Shown here piece by piece: positions 17,537 to 26,605 of a DNA stretch of 43,967 bases. Numbering within the stretch: position 1 is the first letter of the stretch; every line of letters begins with the position of its first letter. Source of the stretch: Thermoplasmatota archaeon (GTDB lineage: Archaea; Thermoplasmatota; Penumbrarchaeia; Penumbrarchaeales; Penumbrarchaeaceae); contig JBLIRI010000003.1 in assembly GCA_049472235.1 (NCBI GenBank), forward strand, positions 1 to 43,967, read 5' to 3'. A program made the translations under genes and the position numbers. The notes below the pieces were generated by a model that saw nothing but the letters and a program-made list of their open reading frames with translations, was not told the DNA's origin and ran no database searches.

Positions 17537-19021
17537 ATGAGGCTGAAACTTCTGGCTTCAGGTGTGGGAACGGTACTTCTACTGTTCCCCATAAGCCTCG
17601 TTCTTCCGTTCATCACCGGACTCCTCTATTCGGAACCCGTCGTCGACCTGTTGCTGGCCTACCTGCTCCCCGGCCTTCTGACCTTCCTGATAGGGATCCT
17701 TTTCACCACATATGGGGGAAGGGCGGACAAGGTCGCAGGGGACATGCGTCCGGTCGAGGCCCTCGCGGTGGTTTCTGTCGTCTGGGTCCTGATAGCCATC
17801 ATTGGCGCTTTTCCTTTCATGGTGATGAACACCCTTCCGAATTTCGTTGATGCCTTCTTCGAATCCATGTCCGGGTTCACGACCACGGGCTCCTCGGTCA
17901 TAGTTGAGATCGATGGTCTTCCGCCTTCCATACTTCTATGGAGAGCCCTTACGCAGTGGCTGGGGGGATTGGGGGTCATCGTTCTGATGGTCGCCATTTT
18001 CTCCGTTCTCCTGGGAGGCCCGAAGGCAGGCATGCTGCTCATGAAGGGAGAGGTCCCCGGATACTCCAGCGAGAAGATCGTCCCGAGGCTGAAGGACACG
18101 GCAAAGATCCTCTGGGGGATCTACGGCATACTGACCCTGATCCAGATAGTCCTGCTGACATTATTCGGAGTATCGCTGTATGATGCGGTATGCCATACCT
18201 TCACGGCGCTTTCCACAGGCGGTTACGGGACCCATACTGCCTCGATAGCATATTATCAGACCTATACCTGGGCTCCCGTGATCGAGCTGATATTCGTCTT
18301 CTTCATGATGATGGGCAGCATCAATTTCATCCTGCATTACAACTTCATGAGGGGAAACTGGAAGACATATTTCAAGGACGTTGAGTTCCGCGTCTACATA
18401 TTCATACTGATATCGCTCTGGTGCATAGTAGCCCTCGACCTTGCCCTTCATAATGTATACGATCCTGCCGAGGCAGTGAGGGCCTCGGTGTTCAATGTTA
18501 CCTCGATCTACTCGACAACCGGCTACGCCACCGAGGATTACAACCAGTGGCCCGCACTATCGCGTTTCATCATGATCATCGCAATGCTGATGGGAGGCAT
18601 GACAGGATCCACCTCGGGGGCGATCAAGACCGCCAGGTTCATAATTGCGGGCAAGGCCGTCTCCCGCAGCCTGAAGAGGATCGGTCATCCCAGATCGAAC
18701 CCCCCCCTGCGGGTCGGCAATGTGATCTTCTCAGAGGGAATAGTGAAAGGGGTCGGTGTGTTCATCTTCGGTTATCTCGCCATGTTCGTCGTCGCATCCT
18801 TCATAATGACCCTGGTGGGCCTTGATCCCCTATCGGCGATCTCGTCGGTGGCCACAACGATGGGAGGTGTCGGTCCCGGACTGAACCTCATAGGCCCCGC
18901 TGCAAATTTCTCAACCGTGAACGTACCCGGGAAGCTAATCCTCTCCTTCCTCATGTGGTTCGGAAGGCTCGAGCTGATAACGGGTTTGGTGCTCTTCTTC
19001 CCATCCACCTACAGGCAGTGA
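17537..19021 (+). CDS. trkH: Trk-type potassium uptake membrane subunit, copy 1
   Basis: DAFFESMSGFTTTG, QWLGGLG, STGGY, STTGY, GGMTGST, GPG, GRLE motifs; multi-TM. Confidence 0.95.
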   Translation: MRLKLLASGVGTVLLLFPISLVLPFITGLLYSEPVVDLLLAYLLPGLLTFLIGILFTTYGGRADKVAGDMRPVEALAVVSVVWVLIAIIGAFPFMVMNTLPNFVDAFFESMSGFTTTGSSVIVEIDGLPPSILLWRALTQWLGGLGVIVLMVAIFSVLLGGPKAGMLLMKGEVPGYSSEKIVPRLKDTAKILWGIYGILTLIQIVLLTLFGVSLYDAVCHTFTALSTGGYGTHTASIAYYQTYTWAPVIELIFVFFMMMGSINFILHYNFMRGNWKTYFKDVEFRVYIFILISLWCIVALDLALHNVYDPAEAVRASVFNVTSIYSTTGYATEDYNQWPALSRFIMIIAMLMGGMTGSTSGAIKTARFIIAGKAVSRSLKRIGHPRSNPPLRVGNVIFSEGIVKGVGVFIFGYLAMFVVASFIMTLVGLDPLSAISSVATTMGGVGPGLNLIGPAANFSTVNVPGKLILSFLMWFGRLELITGLVLFFPSTYRQ

Positions 19022-19084
19022 GCGCGGGATAAATCCTTAAATCAGCAAGTCTCTCCAAGGCGGAATTGCCAGGTAAGGTCCGGT

Positions 19085-20566
19085 ATGAGGTTCAGAAAGG
19101 CACTGTCAGGCATAGGCGCGGTCCTGTTGATCTATCCGATCGCATTCCTTCTCCCGTTCACAGTCGGACTGCTTTACAGAGAAAATGTCCTCTTCCTGCT
19201 GGAATCCTACATTCTCCCGGCTCTTTTTTCCCTCCTACTGGGATTGGTCCTCATATACTGGGGGAGATGGGACCCCCATCATGAGCTCGAACTGAGGCCT
19301 TCAGAGGCGCTGGTGGTCGTCTCCCTGACATGGTTCTTCATCGCCGGGATCGGCGCTCTCCCGTTCCTTCTGACCGATACGATGACCAACTACGTCGATT
19401 CGTTCTTCGAGTCCATGTCGGGCTTCACCACCACCGGTGCATCCGTCATAGTTGAGATCGACGGCCTGCCCCATTCCATTCTTATCTGGAGGGCCCTGAC
19501 GCAGTGGCTGGGTGGATTGGGTGTCATCGTTCTGATGGTCGCCATTTTTTCGGTGCTGATGGGGGGCCCGAAGGCAGGCATGCTGCTCATGAGAGGCGAG
19601 GTCCCCGGGCATTCAAGCGAGAAGATCGTTCACAGGATCAAGGATACGGCAAAGATCCTCTGGGCGATCTACGTTGTCCTGACATTGGCAGAGATCTTCC
19701 TTCTATCTCTCCTCGGTCTGAGCGTGTATGATGCGGTGTGCCATACGTTCACAACCCTTTCCACGGGAGGTTACGGCACCCATACTGCCAGTATCACATA
19801 CTATCAGGACCTGCCGACGGCGCCGCTCATCGAGCTGGTATTCGTCTTTTTCATGTTCGTCGGGGGCGTCAACTTCGTTCTTCATTACAATTTCATCATG
19901 AAGGGTGTCAGGAGCTACCTCAGGGACAGGGAGTTCAGGGTCTATTCCCTCGTGATGATCGCACTTGTGACGATAGTGACACTTGATCTTGTCCTACAGG
20001 GAGGCCAGAGCATCTTTGGATCGTTGAGGGCATCGGTCTTCACGGTGGTCTCGATCCAGACCACGACGGGATATGTCACTGCGGATTACGAGACCTGGCC
20101 TTCCCTTTCGAAGTTCATCCTCCTGCTTGCCATGTTCATAGGAGGGATGTCCGGGTCCACCGGCGGCGGGATGAAGATAGTAAGGTTCATCATCGGTTAT
20201 CAGGCGGTGAAACGAAACCTCAGAAGAATAGGCCATCACAGGTCCGTCGTTCCACTGAGGGTAGGGGGTCTGATATTCTCCGAGGGAATAGTAAGGTCCG
20301 TCCTGGCCTTCATCTTCGCATACATAGCGATCTTCATTATCGGAAGCTTCCTCATGACCCTCACAGGGCTGGATGCCGTCTCCGCAATATCCTCGGTGGC
20401 GGCCACATTGGGCAATGTGGGTCCCGGTCTCGGTGCCGTCGGCCCGACAAGCAACTATGCATCCGTTCTCCCGGTCGGCAAGGTGATACTCTCGGTCATG
20501 ATGTGGCTGGGAAGGCTTGAGCTTCTTGCCGTGGCCGTCCTTTTCGTCCCGGGGACGTACAGATAA
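19085..20566 (+). CDS. trkH: Trk-type potassium uptake membrane subunit, copy 2
   Basis: DSFFESMSGFTTTG, QWLGGLG, STGGY, TTTGY, GGMSGSTGGGMK, LGNVGPG, GRLE. Confidence 0.95.
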   Translation: MRFRKALSGIGAVLLIYPIAFLLPFTVGLLYRENVLFLLESYILPALFSLLLGLVLIYWGRWDPHHELELRPSEALVVVSLTWFFIAGIGALPFLLTDTMTNYVDSFFESMSGFTTTGASVIVEIDGLPHSILIWRALTQWLGGLGVIVLMVAIFSVLMGGPKAGMLLMRGEVPGHSSEKIVHRIKDTAKILWAIYVVLTLAEIFLLSLLGLSVYDAVCHTFTTLSTGGYGTHTASITYYQDLPTAPLIELVFVFFMFVGGVNFVLHYNFIMKGVRSYLRDREFRVYSLVMIALVTIVTLDLVLQGGQSIFGSLRASVFTVVSIQTTTGYVTADYETWPSLSKFILLLAMFIGGMSGSTGGGMKIVRFIIGYQAVKRNLRRIGHHRSVVPLRVGGLIFSEGIVRSVLAFIFAYIAIFIIGSFLMTLTGLDAVSAISSVAATLGNVGPGLGAVGPTSNYASVLPVGKVILSVMMWLGRLELLAVAVLFVPGTYR

Positions 20567-20683
20567 TGATGAAGGAAAAAAGTATTTCATCATAGGCTGG
20601 CATTGTTCCTCGTGCTCGATCCTTTGAAGTTCCAGCTCGACCACCACATCGCGGACCTCAAGCCAGGGAGGAGGCCGGGTCCC

Positions 20684-21370
20684 ATGAAGGCGAAGGAGAT
20701 CATCTTCGACGAGGGAATGAAGGGCAGGCTCTCTTCATCGAGAAAGCTCGAGAACCTCTACCTCGTTACAGCAGGTGTAAGGACATCGTCCATGTTCCAC
20801 CCCGAAAGCATAGAGGAGATGCTGCTGGTCCACGAGCTTGCCGAAAAGCTCGGTCTCGGCATGGTGATCCGCAAATGCGGGGCCCTTGTTTTCAAGGTCT
20901 TCATTTTCACCAGGGAAAAGTCCGAGCTTGCGTTCAGGATCCCCGACCTCTACGAGGCCATGGGGTTTCAGGAGTTCATCGTGGCACAGATCACCATCGC
21001 GAACCTTACGGGCCGCTTCCTCGAGTTCCCCTCCTGCTGCGTTGACAGCTTCATAAAGCATCTCATGGATGGGACCGACCAGGACATGGAAGCGCATGAG
21101 GAGCTGAGACAGGAGAGGAGTCCGGACCCGAGGGCCTATTTCGTCGAGAAGTTCGTTCCGTGCTCGGTGAAATGCACCCTTGCGATAGCGGAAGGCGGGA
21201 GGATAATGGACAGGTTGAGGGTCCTTGACCCGGAGCTCGCCAACCTCTACATGAAGCTGCAGTTCAGGCACATGGAGGACGTCAGGCTGGGAAGGATCGT
21301 GAGGGAAAAGGCGGAAAGGGACGAGATGATGACACTTCCGACCGGGAAAGGGTCGAAGGGAAAAAAATAG
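20684..21370 (+). CDS. DUF483-like protein (~228 aa)
   Basis: GRFLEFPSCCVDSF and FVPCSVKC motifs; ATG 20684 with GGAGG RBS preferred over TTG 20603. Confidence 0.65.
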   Translation: MKAKEIIFDEGMKGRLSSSRKLENLYLVTAGVRTSSMFHPESIEEMLLVHELAEKLGLGMVIRKCGALVFKVFIFTREKSELAFRIPDLYEAMGFQEFIVAQITIANLTGRFLEFPSCCVDSFIKHLMDGTDQDMEAHEELRQERSPDPRAYFVEKFVPCSVKCTLAIAEGGRIMDRLRVLDPELANLYMKLQFRHMEDVRLGRIVREKAERDEMMTLPTGKGSKGKK

Positions 21371-21416
21371 CTATAGCTGGAACTGATCGCTGGATGTTAG
21401 TTTCTTCCGATCGAAC

Positions 21417-22733
21417 TCACTTGAAGAGCTTCTCGACCTGGGTCTTGAGATCGGGCTGTCCGATCACCTGCAGGTCGTACCTGACCCTGAATATCGGCTT
21501 GTTGACGGTAACCACCCTGCTGATATCGATGGGGGTCCCGGTGACGACCACGTCGCACGGAGTGTTGTTTATGGTCTCCTCCAGGTCCCGGGTCTGTTCG
21601 TCCCCGTAACCCATTGCAGGCAGGATATCCTCGAGATGGTCGTACTTCTCGAAAGTGTCAGCGATCGATCCGACAGCGTGCGGACGTGGGTCAACCACCT
21701 CTCCCGCCCCGAACTTGGCGGCAGCCACATATCCTGCCCCGTACGTCATCCCGCCGTGGGTGACGGTGGGTCCGTCCTCGACGATCAGGACCTTCTTGCC
21801 CTTGATCGCTTCCGGGTCCGATATGCTCAGGGGCGAGGCGGCTTCCACTATCACCGCATCCGGATTGATCTCCCTCACGTTCTGCCTCACTTCCTCGATG
21901 TCGTCGGGATAGGCGGTCACGATCTTGTTGATTATTATCACATCGGCCATCCTGACGTTCACCTCTCCGGGATAGTAGGAGATCTCATCGCCCGGTCTGA
22001 GAGGGTCGACAACGGTTACGAAGAGGTCGGGTTTGATGAAGGGCATGTCGTTGTTGCCGCCGTCCCAGAGGATGACATCGGCCTCCTTCTCGGCCTCTCG
22101 CAGGATGGCTTCATAATCCACACCTGCGTAGACTATCGATCCTCTGTCGATGTGCGGTTCGTACTCCTCCCTCTCCTCGATGGTGCATTCGTGTTTATCG
22201 AGGTCCTCGTATGTGGCGAACCTCTGGACCTTCTGTTTCACCAGGTCCCCGTAGGGCATCGGGTGTCTGATCGCGACACACTGCTTTCCCAGGGCCCTGA
22301 GTATCTCCACGATGTATCTGGTGGTCTGCGATTTCCCGCAGCCAGTCCTCGAGGCGCATACCGCAATGACAGGTTTGGTCGATCTGAGCATTGTCTCTTT
22401 GTGTCCCATGAGCATGAAATCGGCACCCGCGGTGTTCACCCTCGCCGAGAGGTGCATCACTGTATCGTACGACAGGTCCGAATATGAAAGGACGCAGACA
22501 TCCGCATCATGCTCCCTGATCAGCTCTTCGAGGTCTTCCTCCGGCTGTATCGGTATCCCTTTCGGATAGAGCTTTCCCGAAAGTTCCTGCGGGTACATCT
22601 TGTCGTCGATCCCCGGTATCTGGGTTGCCGTGAAAGTTACTACCTCGTACATCTCGTTGTCTCTGAAGAACATGTTGAAATTATGGAAGTCGCGTCCGGC
22701 GGCCCCCAATATAATTACCTTCCTTTTTGCCAT
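21417..22733 (-). CDS. arcE: COG2403 P-loop enzyme, probable arginine synthetase ArcE (often annotated cyclic 2,3-diphosphoglycerate synthase-like or GTPase)
   Basis: ILGAAGRDFHNFN, FTATQIPGI, RTGCGKSQ, RHPMPYG, TIEEREEYE, WDGGNND, EDGPTVTHG motifs, recalled as matching the Thermococcus arginine synthetase family. Confidence 0.78.
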   Translation of the reverse strand: MAKRKVIILGAAGRDFHNFNMFFRDNEMYEVVTFTATQIPGIDDKMYPQELSGKLYPKGIPIQPEEDLEELIREHDADVCVLSYSDLSYDTVMHLSARVNTAGADFMLMGHKETMLRSTKPVIAVCASRTGCGKSQTTRYIVEILRALGKQCVAIRHPMPYGDLVKQKVQRFATYEDLDKHECTIEEREEYEPHIDRGSIVYAGVDYEAILREAEKEADVILWDGGNNDMPFIKPDLFVTVVDPLRPGDEISYYPGEVNVRMADVIIINKIVTAYPDDIEEVRQNVREINPDAVIVEAASPLSISDPEAIKGKKVLIVEDGPTVTHGGMTYGAGYVAAAKFGAGEVVDPRPHAVGSIADTFEKYDHLEDILPAMGYGDEQTRDLEETINNTPCDVVVTGTPIDISRVVTVNKPIFRVRYDLQVIGQPDLKTQVEKLFK

Positions 22734-22846
22734 CTGGGCTCATCTCCCGTCCAGACGTCGTCACGTGCGATACCGCACCCGGGCTTCAGCCCAACAAGGT
22801 GGTGCGAGCACCTCCACGGACCGCCTATGGGCGGTCATGGACTTAC
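22734..22846 (-). promoter_or_regulatory. Candidate structured 5' leader RNA (four hairpins) upstream of the ArcE-like gene
   Basis: Stems at 22813-22841, 22801-22812, 22781-22792 and 22765-22778; TTTAAT TATA-like box (minus) at 22870-22875; GGGAG RBS at 22744-22748. Confidence 0.5.
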
Positions 22847-22975
22847 TGCCCGTAAAAAGGAGGGGGGTCATTAAATTTGCGCAGCCCGGCCCAGGTTTCG
22901 GAAGGTATGAATAGGTTCGATTTGAGATATGAAGGCGAATTCTTTTAATAAAACAAGAGCAGCTGGATACCCAAG

Positions 22976-24802
22976 GTGTTCCGTATGACGCGCGCTATAA
23001 GGTCGACCGCCATTGCAATGGTACTGCTTCTTTCATCAATTTTAATGGCCGGGGTCATCGCCCAGGAGACCGATGTCCCCCGGGAACCCAACGTCCACGG
23101 AATTGTGACGGATGCTTTGACAGAGGAACCGATCCATGCCCTGATCCATATCGTGGGCAGGGAGAAGGACATGGTCCACAAGTTCGAATCGGGGATCGAC
23201 GGCATTTTCAAGATATTCCTGCCGCCTGGTGAGTATGTGTGGGAGGCGGAGGCAGAGGGATATCATTCCGGAAGGGGTGAGTTCAGGGTCGGCGAGGAGC
23301 CGATCAGGCTGCCCATCATGTTGAAGCCGCTCGAGGCGGAGGACCCCGAGGAGCCTCCGGAGTACAACGTAGCAGGAATGCTCTTGGACGCAATGACCGG
23401 AAAAGGCGTTCCCGGTCTGATAGCCTTCTGGAACAATGACGGCAAGGGCACCCAGATCGAGACCGACGAGAACGGTCACTTCACGATACTGATCCCTCCC
23501 GGGCCGTGGATGTGGAGGGCCGAAGCAAGGGGTTACAAGGTTCAGGAAGGGCGGCTCCTCATGGAGCTCGAGCCCATCAGGCTGATGATCAACCTCGAAC
23601 CTCTTCAGAACGAAGAGCCCGAGCCCCCGGAACAGAGGTTCGGCGTGGTCTACGGTCATGTTGCTGCCCCGGAAGGCAAGCCCATTCCCGGGGCGATGGT
23701 ATTCTTACATCCCATGATGAGAGATATGCCGCCAGTTGAACCAGGAGTTCCGGATGACCCAAATGTCCCGCCTCCGGAAAATAATGATCCCACGTCATCC
23801 AGTGGAGATGCTGCCGGGAGGACCCGGGGAGAGAACGATGTACCGACATCGATCACCTGGAGGGAGTTCTTCGCGAAATTCTCGGAGAAGTTCGATGAAG
23901 AGACCCTCAAGAGGATATTCTCCGCGGTGGACATGGACGGGGACGGCATTTTGAACGAGAGGGAGATCCTCAAGGCGCACGCCATCATCAGGGAGATGAC
24001 CGGCGAGGGAAGACCGGAAGAGCCCCGTGTTCCGGAAAGAATGCCGTTGGAAGCAATGACCGATGAGAACGGAATGTTCAAGATAAGGGTCCCCTTCGGC
24101 TTCTATCTCATAGAAGCGAACGCCCGCGGTTTTCATCCCGGAGAGGACAAGGTAAGGGTCTACCCGGAGATGCCGGAACAGAAGGTCAGGATCATCCTCA
24201 AGCCCATGGAGTGTAAGCCGGACATCGACCGGGGAAGGATGAAGGTCGTGTTCTCCATGATCGATGAGAATTCAGACGGCAACCCTGAGAAGGTGGATTT
24301 CATGGCCGACCTCAACGGGGACGGCGTCCACGAGGTCGAGTACCACATGACCGACCGCACATCGGACGGGAACCCCGAATCCGTCGAATGGGTGCTGGAT
24401 ATACCCATGGAGATGTGGGAGAAGGTCATGGCCATGGTCATGATGTTCATCAAGAACCGCCAGGGAGGCTGGGACGGCATGCCCCCGATGCCGGACGATA
24501 TGGGGGACTGGGAGGAAGGGGAATGGAACAGCGATGAGATCCCCTTCGATCCCGCCCTTCTCGAGGAGCTCTTCGGAAAGGACGGGACCGTGAAGGATGA
24601 CCTTGACACGGCCGAGACCGATGCTGATGCCGATGGCGATATTGCCGATGGTGAGAAGGACGGTTCCCTTGTCTCCGACAAGGAATCCGCATCCCCCGCA
24701 GGGGCCCCGGTGTTCGAGATCCTTGCGGCCGCCGGAGTGCTCCTGCTGATTCTGGCAGGGGTCCTAGGAGTGGGACTCTTCATTCGCAGAAAGAGGAACT
24801 AG
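22976..24802 (+). CDS. Membrane-anchored surface protein with three carboxypeptidase-regulatory-like beta-sandwich domains, an EF-hand and DxxxDG loops
   Basis: Signal peptide; repeated VxGxVxD...PI...T/S-D/G-xxG-xF...PPG.Y/W...A.GY pattern; DMDGDGILNERE EF-hand; C-terminal TM ILAAAGVLLLILAGVLGVGLFI + RRKRN. Start may be ATG 22985. Confidence 0.85.
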   Translation: MFRMTRAIRSTAIAMVLLLSSILMAGVIAQETDVPREPNVHGIVTDALTEEPIHALIHIVGREKDMVHKFESGIDGIFKIFLPPGEYVWEAEAEGYHSGRGEFRVGEEPIRLPIMLKPLEAEDPEEPPEYNVAGMLLDAMTGKGVPGLIAFWNNDGKGTQIETDENGHFTILIPPGPWMWRAEARGYKVQEGRLLMELEPIRLMINLEPLQNEEPEPPEQRFGVVYGHVAAPEGKPIPGAMVFLHPMMRDMPPVEPGVPDDPNVPPPENNDPTSSSGDAAGRTRGENDVPTSITWREFFAKFSEKFDEETLKRIFSAVDMDGDGILNEREILKAHAIIREMTGEGRPEEPRVPERMPLEAMTDENGMFKIRVPFGFYLIEANARGFHPGEDKVRVYPEMPEQKVRIILKPMECKPDIDRGRMKVVFSMIDENSDGNPEKVDFMADLNGDGVHEVEYHMTDRTSDGNPESVEWVLDIPMEMWEKVMAMVMMFIKNRQGGWDGMPPMPDDMGDWEEGEWNSDEIPFDPALLEELFGKDGTVKDDLDTAETDADADGDIADGEKDGSLVSDKESASPAGAPVFEILAAAGVLLLILAGVLGVGLFIRRKRN

Positions 24803-24862
24803 GGACCATATCTATAAAAATAGAGGCTCCAATATCTCCAGGCAGGAGGGTCGGAACTGGCA

Positions 24863-25552
24863 TTGATATCCACTGCCATAAACGGGTTTGACAAGGAGAT
24901 CGGGGGAGGCATACCGAAAGGGTCCATAGTGCTCCTTTCCGGCACCCCGGGAACCTACAAATCCTCGATGGCGTTCGGGATCCTCCACAAGGCCGCCATG
25001 AAGGAGGGGTCGGTGGGTCTTTATCTTCTGCTCGAGCAGAGCATGGGATCGCTTCTGTCGCAGCAGGAGAAGATGGGCAAGACCCTTGACGAGGTCGGCA
25101 AGAAGAACATCATCGTTTCCGATGTTGGCAGGATAAGGGCCGCTATGGACAAGTTCTCCACCGGCGGGGACTGGATGGAGGCCCTCAGGTCCTATGTCGA
25201 GTACCTTGTGGAGCAGAGGCATGTGGAGCTTCTCGTCATAGACTCTCTTCCCGTTCTTGAGATACTTGCGGGCGAAACGGACCGCAGGAGCTTCCTCTTC
25301 AACCTCTTCGAGTGGATGAGGGATCTGGGGACCACCAACTTCCTCATCCACGAGAAACCGACGCTGGACGGAGAGTACGGGGAGGAGGAATTCCTCTCGG
25401 ACGGGGTCTTCCAGCTCACGCTGAGCCCAGTGGGGGAGGTGGACCTCCAGAGGAGGATCCGCTGCATCAAGATGAGGAGCATGCCTCACAACACATCCAT
25501 GTTCGCCCTCGAGCTCAAGGACGGTTCCTTCAGGATAACCCCCGCCATATGA
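24863..25552 (+). CDS. KaiC/RAD55-family single-domain RecA-superfamily ATPase
   Basis: TAINGFDKEIGGGIPKGSIVLLSGTPGTYKS Walker A, LLVIDSL Walker B, EEFLSDGVFQL, IKMR. Confidence 0.9.
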   Translation: MISTAINGFDKEIGGGIPKGSIVLLSGTPGTYKSSMAFGILHKAAMKEGSVGLYLLLEQSMGSLLSQQEKMGKTLDEVGKKNIIVSDVGRIRAAMDKFSTGGDWMEALRSYVEYLVEQRHVELLVIDSLPVLEILAGETDRRSFLFNLFEWMRDLGTTNFLIHEKPTLDGEYGEEEFLSDGVFQLTLSPVGEVDLQRRIRCIKMRSMPHNTSMFALELKDGSFRITPAI

Positions 25553-25627
25553 AGATAAGCGGATTTGGGGCTCTCCAGCGCAACAAGTTTTATCAATTTC
25601 CTCGGACAATCGGATTGCGGTGTTTGA

Positions 25628-26089
25628 GTGGCCGATTTCGAACCTGGCGAATTCAACATAAGGAGCGATAGGGACTGCCCGCGATGCAACAAGGAGCTAT
25701 TCGTTGTCGAAAGGGCCGGAGAGTACCTGGATGTTTGCAGGGAGTGCCACGGCATTTGGTTCGATCCCACCGAGCTCGAAGACCTCATGGGAAAGGGCAG
25801 TCCGGTCGAGCTCCTGATCAGGATCACTGACCAGCTTAAAGGTGAGGAGCTCCTGTGTCCCGTTTGTGACAAGAAGATGGTGACAAAGGAGGTCTACGAC
25901 GTCTACGTGGACCTCTGCGAGGACTGCAACGGGATCTGGATGGACGCCGGCGAGACCGAGAAGGTCTGGGAGAGGGACGAAAGGTCAAGGCATCCGTTCG
26001 ACATGCAGATCGAGGAGATAGATGCAAAGCATTTCTGGGACCATTTCCGGACCAAGTACAGCGGTTTCGACCAGAAGCCGGAAGAATGA
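25628..26089 (+). CDS. Double zinc-ribbon protein (zf-TFIIB-like)
   Basis: CPRC...DVCRECHGIWFDPTEL and CPVC...DLCEDCNGIWMDAGE. Confidence 0.88.
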   Translation: MADFEPGEFNIRSDRDCPRCNKELFVVERAGEYLDVCRECHGIWFDPTELEDLMGKGSPVELLIRITDQLKGEELLCPVCDKKMVTKEVYDVYVDLCEDCNGIWMDAGETEKVWERDERSRHPFDMQIEEIDAKHFWDHFRTKYSGFDQKPEE

Positions 26090-26111
26090 AAAAAGGGTGA
26101 GAAACGCCGGA

Positions 26112-26525
26112 TCATTTCCTCCGGACCTTCTGGTACGGCCTGTCGGGAAGGTCGCCCTTGAAGAGACATTTCGTGCACCGGTAGGTATTGTATGATTTCG
26201 AGATCGTGGTCGAGCCGCAGAGGGGGCATTTGTACTCGAGAAGCGACCCGTCATTTTCAAGGAACTCGCGCACCTTGGCCATGTTGATCTTCCAAAGGTT
26301 CGCATCCTTGGGGGTCTCCTCATCCCTCCTCGGCTCGATGATCCCGATATTGTAGAGGTACATGGTGATGTCCCTGCCCTTGACGAGACGGGTTGCATAC
26401 TTGTCGAATATCCTCTGGACCGTCACGCTCTTCTCATCGGTGAACTTCTCGGCCAGCATCTCCATGATGGAGCGCACGACCTCGTTGCTGTGTTCATCCA
26501 TGTGAGACTGCATACCCATCACCAA
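26112..26525 (-). CDS. Hypothetical protein with a C-terminal zinc ribbon (possible wHTH N-terminus)
   Basis: CPLCGS...YRCTKC; host-like codon usage; exact start uncertain. Confidence 0.65.
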   Translation of the reverse strand: MVMGMQSHMDEHSNEVVRSIMEMLAEKFTDEKSVTVQRIFDKYATRLVKGRDITMYLYNIGIIEPRRDEETPKDANLWKINMAKVREFLENDGSLLEYKCPLCGSTTISKSYNTYRCTKCLFKGDLPDRPYQKVRRK

Positions 26526-26605
26526 CGTCTTTTGTCGAGCCTCGACTGAACCAAGGGGTATGCATAACCTTCAATAAAAGTTTATTGAAGATACCGTCCC
26601 GCCCC

